Origin: an uncultured virus (IMG/VR IMGVR_UViG_3300044612_002375)
Lineage: Duplodnaviria; Heunggongvirae; Uroviricota; Caudoviricetes
Virus record (IMG/VR): IMGVR_UViG_3300044612_002375
DNA: 20,000 bases
Direction: 5' to 3' (one strand)
The notes under the pieces were generated by a model. It was given only the letters and a program-made list of their open reading frames with translations, was not told where the DNA came from and made no database searches. Shown one piece after another: positions 8,821-17,539 of this stretch; position 1 is the stretch's first letter; the number at the start of each line of letters is the position of its first letter. The translations under genes were made by a program, and so were the position numbers.

Positions 8821-9380
8821 AAGGGAATCAATTCGTCAACATCAATGAATGCATCTTGCATTTCAAACCAGTTTGGCATATCTCCAGTTTTCCATTTTGC
8901 AAATCTAACTTTTTCAGCCAAGTAATACTGGCGATATGCTACAACAGTATTATCATTTTTATACTGATCAGGCATTGCCTGAACAAATTCAGTCAACTTA
9001 CCTTTTGGTAGATTGATAGGGCAATCATACAATTCATTCATTAGCATGGATTCCATAGAATGAACTTTGCCATAACGGCGAGTATATTCCTTGCACAGTG
9101 CATATGCATGCTTCCACACCCAAAGATAATTCTCACTAGTGGTACGTGTCCAAACATTGCATGGATGATTAATCATAGCAGCCTTGCAGATATTTTTCTT
9201 TGTACAGATATGAGTAGTATATCTACGCTTACCAGTATTGACTTCTAGAGGATCACCATCCAAAACATGATGTGCAGTTGAGAGCAACTGACAGGATTCA
9301 ACAATCATTTTTACTACATGCTTATCACACATCATACGAGCAGAAGTAGCGGCATCATTGTCCAAAACAAAAATATTCAT
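8817..9380 (-). CDS. Pyrimidine-dimer DNA glycosylase / endonuclease V (DenV)-family protein
   Basis: MNIFVLD...CDKHVVKMIVE..QLLST, NHPC..W, L.KEYT.RYGK.H, QAMPD.Y...V.AYR.YY. Confidence 0.7.
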   Translation of the reverse strand: MNIFVLDNDAATSARMMCDKHVVKMIVESCQLLSTAHHVLDGDPLEVNTGKRRYTTHICTKKNICKAAMINHPCNVWTRTTSENYLWVWKHAYALCKEYTRRYGKVHSMESMLMNELYDCPINLPKGKLTEFVQAMPDQYKNDNTVVAYRQYYLAEKVRFAKWKTGDMPNWFEMQDAFIDVDELIPF

Positions 9381-10414
9381 ATTTCGTGATTCTCAAAAAT
9401 GTTGTTTATAGTACGATTGACCTTAACCATTGTACCACGAGAATACAGTTCAGGCAAATTAAAAGCACCCACATACGAACAAGCAGAGCGCAATCCACCA
9501 AGAATTTCTTGAACGGTATGATGTACAGATCCACGATAAGGTACTTCCACAGTGCGGCCCTCGGAAGCACGGTAATCCTTAAGTCCTCCGTTGTATTTTT
9601 CATTTGCGGTTTTGCTGGACATACCATAATGAAGCATCGTGAGTGATGCGTTATTATTGGAGTGACGAATTTCTCCACCACACTCGTCATGGCCTGCAAA
9701 TGCACCTCCAGCCATAACAAATGCAGCTCCAGCCACAAAAGACTTAGCAAAATCACCGGGATGTACAATCCCTCCATCAGATACGATCCCAATACCTAAC
9801 GCTGCTGCGGTTTCCACACACTCTATGACCGCTGAGAGTTGGGGATATCCCACTCCTGCTACTCTGCGTGTCAGGCACATCGACCCCGACCCTATTCCCA
9901 CTTTTACTAGATCGGCTCCAGCATCTGACAATGCCACGACCCCCTCTGGGGTTACTATATTCCCTGCAATCAATATTGACTTCGGCCATTTCTGTCTCAC
10001 TTTCTTTACAAAGTTATGAAATTCTGTCATGTAACCATTTGCAACATCCACACAAACAAAAGTTGGATCATTTATATTTGCATTATCAACAAACAATTTA
10101 CTTTCGGGATCCAAACCCAGAGTCAACGAAACATATTTTTCTTTGTCTGGATAACTAGTGGCAAAAGTAACATAGTATTCGCCACCCTTTTTCAAACAAG
10201 TAATCATCTTGTACTCTGACAATACAAGAGCCATCTGATGTGTTCCAACAGTGGACATGTTTGCGGCCATCACTGGTACACCATTCCAAAAAGACCCACA
10301 ATTAAAAGTAGTACCAACTTCAAGATTCACATCTTTACGAGACTTAACATCTGAAAGTCTTGGTACAATAAGTGCGTCTGAATAATCTAGTTTTGGTTCG
10401 TAGTTTACTATCAT
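9377..10414 (-). CDS. guaC: GMP reductase
   Basis: KLDYSD.LI.PR.S..KSR..V, AANM, CVDVANGY, KVGIGSGSMCLTR..GVGYPQLSAV, SDGG, YGMSS, YRASEG. Start revised to ATG 10414 (345 aa); no CBS domain. Confidence 0.92.
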   Translation of the reverse strand: MIVNYEPKLDYSDALIVPRLSDVKSRKDVNLEVGTTFNCGSFWNGVPVMAANMSTVGTHQMALVLSEYKMITCLKKGGEYYVTFATSYPDKEKYVSLTLGLDPESKLFVDNANINDPTFVCVDVANGYMTEFHNFVKKVRQKWPKSILIAGNIVTPEGVVALSDAGADLVKVGIGSGSMCLTRRVAGVGYPQLSAVIECVETAAALGIGIVSDGGIVHPGDFAKSFVAGAAFVMAGGAFAGHDECGGEIRHSNNNASLTMLHYGMSSKTANEKYNGGLKDYRASEGRTVEVPYRGSVHHTVQEILGGLRSACSYVGAFNLPELYSRGTMVKVNRTINNIFENHEI

Positions 10415-10422
10415 GGCGATCA

Positions 10423-10450
10423 ATAATAGCACACACAAACTACTGGTCAA
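10423..10450 (-). promoter_or_regulatory. Sigma70-type promoter TTGACC-N16-TATTAT, near-leaderless for guaC
   Basis: Reverse complement TTGACC agtagtttgtgtgtgc TATTAT tgatcgcc ATG; no SD. Confidence 0.6.
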
Positions 10451-10453
10451 TAA

Positions 10454-10627
10454 TTATTTTGATTCTTCTATTCTTTTCACTGCATCACGAAGACTTAACA
10501 TTTTGTTTGCTAATTCTTTAGATGTAATTTTATCCCGAAGATAGTCTTCGTATTTTGAAAGAATAATCTTCGCTTCTCGGAAAAGGATTGCATGTAAATG
10601 ATCAAAACTTTTGGAATCATTCGACAT
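10454..10627 (-). CDS. Small hypothetical protein (57 aa), not in ORF track
   Basis: MSNDSKSFDHLHAILFREAKIILSKYEDYLRDKITSKELANKMLSLRDAVKRIEESK*; fills the gap exactly, AATAAATA at 10634-10641 upstream. Confidence 0.7.
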   Translation of the reverse strand: MSNDSKSFDHLHAILFREAKIILSKYEDYLRDKITSKELANKMLSLRDAVKRIEESK

Positions 10628-10636
10628 CAATATTAT

Positions 10637-11308
10637 TTATTCAATTCCAATTGTGTCATCACGGACAAATCGAATTAAACCACTAACAAAAAATGATGAC
10701 CAATCTTTTTTAACTAAATTCCACATTACAATTCTATTTCCTTGTAAAGGACTGAAAAATAGAACTCTTTCAGAAGATTTGTTAGAATCAATAATATTTT
10801 TGTTCAAAGTACCGATAAACCTATCACTGTTTCCATTTTTCTTCAAATAATCAATTGTGCAAATTCCAGAAAGACCTTCCATGATTATTTCATTTGGTGA
10901 TATGTGGTCACTTTTATATGTTTTTTCTTTTGTGTTAACAGTAACATCTGTTTTGACATCATATCTTGGATCAAATACACTATCAAAATTTTTTTGAATT
11001 TGATTTACAAACAAAAAATTCTGATAAGAGCCATATTGGGATACAATGTACCTTGCATATGCAGGATCTGAATCTTCAAGATTTTCATATGTCTTAAGCT
11101 GTTCATCAGAACCATTGTATTTTTGTTTTTCACCAAGATTAAATTTACTAACAAACAAATCATTTTTCATTGCTTCTTGAATAGAAGCCATGAGGTTTTT
11201 TTGTTGATCTTCTTGATCATACTCAACTTGATTTAAACGTGAAGGCTCAATGCTATAATTTGAATATAGTTGATTATCAGCACCAGTTGTTCGTTTTTGT
11301 ATTGGCAT
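10637..11308 (-). CDS. Protein with C-terminal WYL_2/DUF2693-like SH3 barrel
   Basis: GICTIDYLKKNG..RFIGTLN...IVMWNLVKKDWSSFFV resembles the family motif F.K.DG..R....T...D.....WRSF. Confidence 0.6.
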   Translation of the reverse strand: MPIQKRTTGADNQLYSNYSIEPSRLNQVEYDQEDQQKNLMASIQEAMKNDLFVSKFNLGEKQKYNGSDEQLKTYENLEDSDPAYARYIVSQYGSYQNFLFVNQIQKNFDSVFDPRYDVKTDVTVNTKEKTYKSDHISPNEIIMEGLSGICTIDYLKKNGNSDRFIGTLNKNIIDSNKSSERVLFFSPLQGNRIVMWNLVKKDWSSFFVSGLIRFVRDDTIGIE

Positions 11309-11553
11309 TAGTAATGTATTACTGCAATTTTATCTTTTAATTGAAGCTCTTTATACATTAAATCACATTCTTTGGTTTTATTTAAAAACTTCTCAAGAAC
11401 ATATATTGGAATTTTGATAAACACATTGCTGAAGGGATACTTCTTTAATTTTTGAATTTCACCAATGTAATCTGCAATCATCTTGTCCTCGTTCTTACTG
11501 TTGTAAGTCAAAGTCAAAAAAGTTCCAATTTTGTTCTCGGTTTTGTTAATCAT
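11308..11553 (-). CDS. Hypothetical protein (~81 aa)
   Basis: ORF with TAATG coupling to the next gene; AATAAATA at 11563-11570 upstream. Confidence 0.6.
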   Translation of the reverse strand: MINKTENKIGTFLTLTYNSKNEDKMIADYIGEIQKLKKYPFSNVFIKIPIYVLEKFLNKTKECDLMYKELQLKDKIAVIHY

Positions 11554-11575
11554 CGCCAAAAGTATTTATTGTTAC

Positions 11576-11603
11576 TTGACGGCCTTGAAGTACATGATAT
11601 ACT
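11576..11603 (+). promoter_or_regulatory. Sigma70-type promoter TTGACG-N16-TATACT facing non-coding DNA
   Basis: TTGACG gccttgaagtacatga TATACT, TG extended -10, same geometry as the other three sigma70-type promoters. Confidence 0.55.
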
Positions 11604-11612
11604 TACAGAAAC

Positions 11613-11681
11613 TTTAAAGTTACTATAGATAAATTATAAAGAAATACTACAGAAGTATATTTAAAGTTACTATAGAGTAAC
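11613..11681. repeat. Two 17-nt direct repeats TTTAAAGTTACTATAGA in AT-rich intergenic DNA
   Basis: Copies at 11613-11629 and 11660-11676; the second extends into the hairpin GTTACT-ATAG-AGTAAC. Confidence 0.75.
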
Positions 11682-11682
11682 C

Positions 11683-11868
11683 TTAAGTACCCTTAGATTT
11701 CTTTTTGAACATATTGCCATACTTGGCTGCAATGGTATCAGCAGTCTGTGCAGCAGGATCTAAAAACTTTACTCTCTCTGCAGATCTTTTATAGATTTCT
11801 GCAAGAGGAGAAGGTTTATTAGCATTCTCGTTTAATACCTGTTTAACTGTATCTTCTAGTCTTTTCAT
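11683..11868 (-). CDS. Small hypothetical protein (61 aa), possible internal head protein
   Basis: MKRLEDTVKQVLNE...; start revised to ATG 11868. Confidence 0.6.
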   Translation of the reverse strand: MKRLEDTVKQVLNENANKPSPLAEIYKRSAERVKFLDPAAQTADTIAAKYGNMFKKKSKGT

Positions 11869-11872
11869 TGTA

Positions 11873-13162
11873 TTATTTTTTACCAATATCTATTCCCATA
11901 GGACCAGTCAATCTTCCTGATTTTATTCCCATTCTTCTCAAATTATTTGAAATTTCTTCGTCGGCTCTTTCATCTTCGGCAGGAGAATTTCCTGCAGCCA
12001 ATACAGAATTAGGAACAACGGCAGAAATTCCTTTTGCTAACAAATCTGTCAAACCAATTTTTTCTGCTGCGGGTTTAACAAGATATTCTCCTGCCAATTC
12101 ACCAGCCAAACCAACACCACCCTGAACAAGTCCAGTTGCAAGGGCGCTAGATGAACCGGGAAGAGGTCTGGTTGCTGCTCTTCCAACTTTACCTGCAACT
12201 TCTCTACCAGTCATTGCAACATCTTTTGCGCCTTGCATTGCCATTTCTATATCTTCTGGAGTTATTGTACCAATAGATTTTAATACGTCTGCTTGTCTTG
12301 TTCTTAACATTTTTTCTGCATCAGCCGTCAATCTACCTCCTTTAACACCACTTTGTGTTTCAGTTGCAGATTTAACTCTTTCACGTACTAAATCTCTACC
12401 AGCATCTAGCATAGATCCTTTTTCTCCAATTTGTAAATTTGGATCTCTCAATAATTCTCCACTTGGTCCAATATCTCCGGGTTTTATGTTTCCTGCATTC
12501 TTAATAATTTCGGTTTTTTGTGTTCGTGTTAATTTGGCTTCTTCTGCTGCCTTTCTTGCTGCTTCTGCAGCTTCTGCAGCAGTTCTTTGTTGAGCTACCT
12601 TTTCTAATCTTTTTTCATTTCTTGCATCATTTATTGAACGCGCTAACCAACCTCTGCCAAGCAATTCGGGTTTCTTTTTAAATATTCCTTTTACTGGTTC
12701 ACCAGTAAGTTGATCAACTGCTTGATCTGAAAATATACTAGTCATTTTTCCTGCATTTTCTGGATTTATAGACCACCGTGGAGTTAAAAGACCATATATT
12801 CCCGCCCCCACTCCAAGTTTTTTTGCTATGTCAAAGTATGGACTTTTGTTTATATCAGCAGCTAAACCATAATATCCATTTACAATATCATCATGTGCTT
12901 TAGAAATACGACCTAAAATTGGTCTTTCTTCAATATCTTTTCTAGCTTTCTCAATTTTTTTAATTTCTGCATCTGCAGCTGCTTTTGCGGCTGCTTCCGC
13001 TTCCGCTTCTTCTTTTGCGTTTGCATCAGCCTCATTTTTTACACCCTGCCTCATTTTTATTGGAGGAGCAGCGACCACAGCCTCTAACAATCCTTCAAGA
13101 CGATTGACTTCTTCTTGTAAAACTTTGGCACGATTCTGGTATAATTTAGTGATATGGTCCAT
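11873..13162 (-). CDS. Ala/Gly-rich protein (429 aa) with shared N-terminal tag; putative internal virion protein
   Basis: MDHITKLYQNRAKVLQEEVNRLEGLLEA; CATAAATA 5 nt upstream. Confidence 0.75.
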   Translation of the reverse strand: MDHITKLYQNRAKVLQEEVNRLEGLLEAVVAAPPIKMRQGVKNEADANAKEEAEAEAAAKAAADAEIKKIEKARKDIEERPILGRISKAHDDIVNGYYGLAADINKSPYFDIAKKLGVGAGIYGLLTPRWSINPENAGKMTSIFSDQAVDQLTGEPVKGIFKKKPELLGRGWLARSINDARNEKRLEKVAQQRTAAEAAEAARKAAEEAKLTRTQKTEIIKNAGNIKPGDIGPSGELLRDPNLQIGEKGSMLDAGRDLVRERVKSATETQSGVKGGRLTADAEKMLRTRQADVLKSIGTITPEDIEMAMQGAKDVAMTGREVAGKVGRAATRPLPGSSSALATGLVQGGVGLAGELAGEYLVKPAAEKIGLTDLLAKGISAVVPNSVLAAGNSPAEDERADEEISNNLRRMGIKSGRLTGPMGIDIGKK

Positions 13163-13167
13163 AAAGA

Positions 13168-13185
13168 TATTTATGTATATAAATA
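13168..13185. promoter_or_regulatory. Back-to-back divergent late promoters (CATAAATA minus 13168-13175; TATAAATA plus 13178-13185)
   Basis: Each lies exactly 5 nt from its ATG (13162 and 13191). Confidence 0.75.
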
Positions 13186-13190
13186 ATTTT

Positions 13191-14723
13191 ATGAATTATC
13201 TAACTAACCACTATAGAAATTTGTGCGAACAATATCAAAGCAAAATTAACATTCTTCAAAATTTATTAAATGAAGATGCTCCTGCATCAATCTTTAGTGG
13301 TACTGGCCAAGGCCAGCAAACTTTTAGTGATGACCAACTTCGTGCTCAGATGAAACAAAACAGAAGAACTGGATTGTTTGGATCTGAAGTAGCCGATGAC
13401 AAACAAAATCAAGCATTTAAAGATGCTCAAGCAGAACTAGCCAGACGTAGTCAATCTAATGATGAAGAAAAAACTATGATGACTAGGGTTGCAAAAGAAC
13501 TAGGTATGTCTCCAGAAGACATGCTATCACAATCTCCATATGCTCAAAAAAGATGGAATAAGTATGCCACAGCAACTCCATCTTCTAAACCATCAACCAC
13601 ACCTGATGTCACAGCCAAAGCAATACCAGAACCAACGACCACTCCAGCATCTGCTCCATCACCATCTGCACAACCAGTTAAGCCTTTGGCAGCATATGAT
13701 AGAGAATTGGAAGTTGAAAAAGCCCGTCAGGAAAGAGGTGAAACACAGCCTGTAGGTCCCGGAAGAAAAGGTGCTAAGCCTTCTCAAACAGCAGAACCAA
13801 CAGCAGAACCAACAGCAGAACCAACAGCCACTACTCGTAATTTTTCTACTTTTAGAGATAGCCCACAATTTGCTGAAAGAGTAGCGAGGGAGATGAGACA
13901 AGGTTTAATACCAGATCATAAAGGTTATAGAGGTAATCCCGATTATGAAGGTCTTGGTATTAAAGGAGTATATGGAAGCGAGGGGATTCTTTCGGGTGAA
14001 TCAAATGTATTGGATGCCTGGAATCAACTTATAAATCCATTCGCAGACAGGAATTATAAAAGTAAAGCATATCAGAGTTTAATAAAAAGATCACAAAAAG
14101 ACGCAAGACAAAATTACATGGATCAAATTGAAGACAGTTTAAGACAAGATGGTTCTAGAACAATTGCAGAACCCGGAAGAGAAGAACGTGGGTTAGGAAT
14201 AGATGTACAACATGGTCAGTTCCCAATCTATCCAGAAGGCCAAGAAGATTCTGCATATAAAAAGCCCCGCGAAGCTCCCGGTAATGCGGTATCTAATATT
14301 ATTAATAATTTGATTAAATCAGTTGGTGGTTCTGCAACCAATCTTGGTGCAGATTTGCAACGATATATGAAAACAAATTTAGCACAGACAACTCCAAATG
14401 TTATAAAAGATAAACTTTATGGAGATGCAGCATTTGATGGTCGGGCACAATTTGATACACAAGAAAAAACACCATCTTCTCCTGCATATGATATGTACTG
14501 GGGAAATCTTCCTGACCCAAATGTAAAATATGATATTGATTTTGGAGATTTAAAATTACAACCAGCAATATCAACTGGTGGAATGAATCAACCAATGGAT
14601 CTTAAAGATTTTCCTGATGATGAAGATACCAATAAACAATCTTCTTCAGCAAAATTAAAAAATGCAAGAAAACTTGCTCAGATGTACGCGAATAGAATGG
14701 GCAGAAGAATTTCTAGAGCATAA
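13191..14723 (+). CDS. Low-complexity protein (510 aa) with shared N-terminal tag; putative internal virion protein
   Basis: Start revised to ATG 13191 (MNYLTNHYRNLCEQYQSKINILQNLLNED) by paralog alignment and promoter position. Confidence 0.8.
   Translation: MNYLTNHYRNLCEQYQSKINILQNLLNEDAPASIFSGTGQGQQTFSDDQLRAQMKQNRRTGLFGSEVADDKQNQAFKDAQAELARRSQSNDEEKTMMTRVAKELGMSPEDMLSQSPYAQKRWNKYATATPSSKPSTTPDVTAKAIPEPTTTPASAPSPSAQPVKPLAAYDRELEVEKARQERGETQPVGPGRKGAKPSQTAEPTAEPTAEPTATTRNFSTFRDSPQFAERVAREMRQGLIPDHKGYRGNPDYEGLGIKGVYGSEGILSGESNVLDAWNQLINPFADRNYKSKAYQSLIKRSQKDARQNYMDQIEDSLRQDGSRTIAEPGREERGLGIDVQHGQFPIYPEGQEDSAYKKPREAPGNAVSNIINNLIKSVGGSATNLGADLQRYMKTNLAQTTPNVIKDKLYGDAAFDGRAQFDTQEKTPSSPAYDMYWGNLPDPNVKYDIDFGDLKLQPAISTGGMNQPMDLKDFPDDEDTNKQSSSAKLKNARKLAQMYANRMGRRISRA
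13787..13828 (+). repeat. 12-nt tandem repeat AACAGCAGAACC x3.5 (TAEP repeats)
   Basis: aacagcagaacc aacagcagaacc aacagcagaacc aacagc. Confidence 0.9.
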
Positions 14724-14738
14724 GGCTAAATAAAAATC

Positions 14739-15737
14739 ATGTTCAAAGACCACCTAATATTTTCAAATAATTTTCAAGACGCTGCAAATCAACTTCGTCT
14801 ACACGAAGCAATGTCTCAAAAAATGAAAGACGAGATTAAAGCTACATTAGCTATGCAAGCAAAAGCTGATGCAGACCGGGCAGCAAGAGACAATGCCCCA
14901 GATCCATTTGATCCAACTAAAACAAGAAAACAAAGAACAGATGAACTTGTAGGTCAAGCATTAGATCGTGCAAGATCCAGAGAAAATTATGACGAACTTG
15001 CAAAAACTGCACCAAATCTTGCAGCCAGAGCAAGATTCAGCAGTCAATCAATTGCCAGAAGTGCAACTCCAGGAACAGTAACTGGAGTGGCAGGCCAAGG
15101 TGGAACAAATTCTGAAAGTGATTTAACTTCTTTTAATTCTTTGAGTGCAGAAGATCAAGCCAGAGTAGCACCCACACAATCTACAAAAAGATTAGAAGAT
15201 ATGAGAAAGGCACAGTATGGAAGAGCACAAGCAAGCCTTGCAAGGGGTAAAAATAATGCTCTGGGTGCAAATGTTGTTGCTGGACAAAATACAATTAATA
15301 AAGTTTTAGATGATCGTAAAAATAATGCCATGGGTGGTTCTAATGCGGCTGCAAGTTATGTAAGAAGTTGGCAACAAGATCCAAATAGTCTACAAACACA
15401 AAGAAGCATGGCCGTAAGAACCGATAGAGAAAAATTGGCAATGAATGATGCTATGTATCAAGAAGGTTTGCGTCAATTCAAAGAAAAAGGAAAATTAAGT
15501 CCGGGACACGTAGACATGGTAAATCGTTTTGCAAAATCGGGCCAAAGACCAACTGAAGAATTTAAACAATTTGGAGCAGCAACACGAGAACCACTTCCAC
15601 AATCTGGAATAGATGCATATAAACAAGATCAAGCACAGAGCGCACCAACCAAACAGACAAGTGGTAAAACATTTCAACAGATGCAAGATGAGCGAAGATA
15701 TGCTCAAACTAATAGATTGCTGAATCCAAGAGCATAA
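14739..15737 (+). CDS. Hypothetical Ala/Gln/Arg-rich late protein (332 aa)
   Basis: Long ORF; GCTAAATA at 14725-14732, 6 nt upstream; L-H-E motif at residues 21-23. Confidence 0.8.
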   Translation: MFKDHLIFSNNFQDAANQLRLHEAMSQKMKDEIKATLAMQAKADADRAARDNAPDPFDPTKTRKQRTDELVGQALDRARSRENYDELAKTAPNLAARARFSSQSIARSATPGTVTGVAGQGGTNSESDLTSFNSLSAEDQARVAPTQSTKRLEDMRKAQYGRAQASLARGKNNALGANVVAGQNTINKVLDDRKNNAMGGSNAAASYVRSWQQDPNSLQTQRSMAVRTDREKLAMNDAMYQEGLRQFKEKGKLSPGHVDMVNRFAKSGQRPTEEFKQFGAATREPLPQSGIDAYKQDQAQSAPTKQTSGKTFQQMQDERRYAQTNRLLNPRA

Positions 15738-15758
15738 TAATTAAATAAAATTCAAAAT

Positions 15759-15790
15759 AAAAAGGGATCCAATTTCTTGGATCCCTTTTT
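15759..15790. terminator. Bidirectional intrinsic terminator
   Basis: aaaaagggatccaa-tttc-ttggatcccttttt between convergent genes. Confidence 0.85.
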
Positions 15791-15811
15791 GTTCTATAGT
15801 GACTTATAGGC

Positions 15812-15970
15812 TCACTTGGTAGCGGGAGCCTCTACGGCTGCGGGAGCAGCCTCGGGAGCCTTGGTACGGCTTGCTAGGGTCAAAATAACCACAGCCAATA
15901 CACCCACGGCAACGACGATCCAAGTGGTGGACGAAACAGACTTAACAAAATTCTTAATCTTATCTAGCAT
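15812..15970 (-). CDS. Small single-pass membrane protein (52 aa), not in ORF track
   Basis: MLDKIKNFVKSVSSTTWIVVAVGVLAVVILTLASRTKAPEAAPAAVEAPATK*; SD TAAGGAG; CCTAAATA at 15989-15996; ends at the terminator. Confidence 0.8.
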   Translation of the reverse strand: MLDKIKNFVKSVSSTTWIVVAVGVLAVVILTLASRTKAPEAAPAAVEAPATK

Positions 15971-16040
15971 AGTATCTCCTTAAAAAACTATTTAGGCCAC
16001 CCGCCACCCCTCCATTTTTTCGGTTTTGATAAATATTCTT

Positions 16041-16556
16041 ATGCTATCCTTTATAGAATTCCTCACAGAAGCCAAAGCCAAACCCGTAGACCCCCATATC
16101 TCAGAGGTACAGGGATCTTCGTGGTATCATCCAGAGACTGGAAAGGTATTGGCGTTTGATGAAGATGATTTCAGTCATCAAACTTATTTCATAAAAAATC
16201 ATAAAAATTTTGGAATTGATCCCCAAATTTTAAAAGCAAATTTGAAGGATGTAAAGGACACTGTTGATACCATTGAAGGCCATCCACTCAAATTTCTTTT
16301 TGATGCTGGATGGGTTCGAAGTTACGCTGACGGCAAGGACGTAAATTTTGAAGGAAACACTCGTCAGGTTCACGAAACAGTTCGTCGTCATGCAAACAAG
16401 ATTCCAGATGCAACATATCGAATCGACATCGCTGACCCAAGAAGTGTACATGCAACTGCAAAGAGCATATCACATGAACTTATGGAACCAGAGCATGTAG
16501 ATCGGTTTATTTCATCAAAAGGCAGACCTCACAGAGATTACACGACAATACTATGA
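16041..16556 (+). CDS. Hypothetical protein (171 aa) with T4 IP-like N-terminus
   Basis: Start revised to ATG 16041 (MLSFIEFLTEA), GATAAATA 5 nt upstream; W..P..G...H...GWVR motif. Confidence 0.75.
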   Translation: MLSFIEFLTEAKAKPVDPHISEVQGSSWYHPETGKVLAFDEDDFSHQTYFIKNHKNFGIDPQILKANLKDVKDTVDTIEGHPLKFLFDAGWVRSYADGKDVNFEGNTRQVHETVRRHANKIPDATYRIDIADPRSVHATAKSISHELMEPEHVDRFISSKGRPHRDYTTIL

Positions 16557-17524
16557 CATACCTAACAAACTATTACAAAAATCGTTGTGAAACACTTCAA
16601 GAACAAGTAAACAATCTTCAAAAATTATTAAATGAGGATGATGAAAATGTTTTGGATCCTAAGTCTAAAGAAGGTCAGGCAGCTGCAAAAAAAGCTGCTC
16701 AAACAAAAGAATTTGAAAAAAATCCCCTCATAACAATGACTAGTCCGGGTTTTATAATGCAGGCTATGTATGGAGATAAACTGCCTAAAATTTTAAAAGA
16801 TATAGAAGAAAGAAAAAAAGCAGATCCATTAAAATTGCAAGATAAGTTAAATAAAACTTATAATGTACCAAATTACAGTAAAGAAAATTTAGGTAAATTA
16901 ATACCTATAAAAGTTGGAAAAACTGATGATCCTAATGTTACAGCAGAAACAGATAGAGAAACAGTTACCTACAACATAAATGATCCTTCTAAAAGGCTTA
17001 GTACTTTCGTATCAGATCTTAAGAAAAAAATATTTCCATCATCATATCCTGCAACATCTGAATGGGATATGATAAAAGTTGGCAATACGGCTGTACATGA
17101 ACTAGTTGGGCATGTTCCACAAGATGACTCTAAACGTGATGAAGAGTATTCATTAAATCCATATAGAAATTACAGATCTATGCCAGAAACAACACCAGAA
17201 GAACGAAGTAAAAAACATGAGGCATATGTAAAAAGTCCATCTGAATTATCAGCCCACATGACTCCTTTAAAATTTGATTATTATCAAAGAACTGGTATAT
17301 ATCTCGGAGCAAATTCAAAAGACGAAGAAATAAAAACAATGTCATCTTTTTACAAAGATTATAACAAAAACAATGCAGAAGCTGGTAAAAGTCGTCAAGA
17401 AAACATTAATATGACAACTATAAATCCTATTCTTGATACTCTTGAAACAGAAGAAGGTAAAGAATTATTCAGAATAAGTGTACAAAAGAATAAAAATAAA
17501 GATTCTTCTAATAGAATGGCATAA
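16553..17524 (+). CDS. Protein with shared N-terminal tag and variant zincin motif (HELVGH...E)
   Basis: MTYLTNYYKNRCETLQEQVNNLQKLLNED; AVHELVGHVPQ...Y..SPSELSAH; ATGA overlap with the upstream gene. Confidence 0.75.
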   Translation: MTYLTNYYKNRCETLQEQVNNLQKLLNEDDENVLDPKSKEGQAAAKKAAQTKEFEKNPLITMTSPGFIMQAMYGDKLPKILKDIEERKKADPLKLQDKLNKTYNVPNYSKENLGKLIPIKVGKTDDPNVTAETDRETVTYNINDPSKRLSTFVSDLKKKIFPSSYPATSEWDMIKVGNTAVHELVGHVPQDDSKRDEEYSLNPYRNYRSMPETTPEERSKKHEAYVKSPSELSAHMTPLKFDYYQRTGIYLGANSKDEEIKTMSSFYKDYNKNNAEAGKSRQENINMTTINPILDTLETEEGKELFRISVQKNKNKDSSNRMA

Positions 17525-17539
17525 AAACTAAATAATTTT

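Noticed and set aside
9377..10414. IMP dehydrogenase (guaB)
   Set aside because: Length, absence of a CBS domain, and DVANGY, YPQLSAV and YRASEG motifs fit GuaC.
13104..13190. Track start for the 539-aa ORF
   Set aside because: It overlaps the divergent gene; the tag alignment and late promoter indicate ATG 13191.
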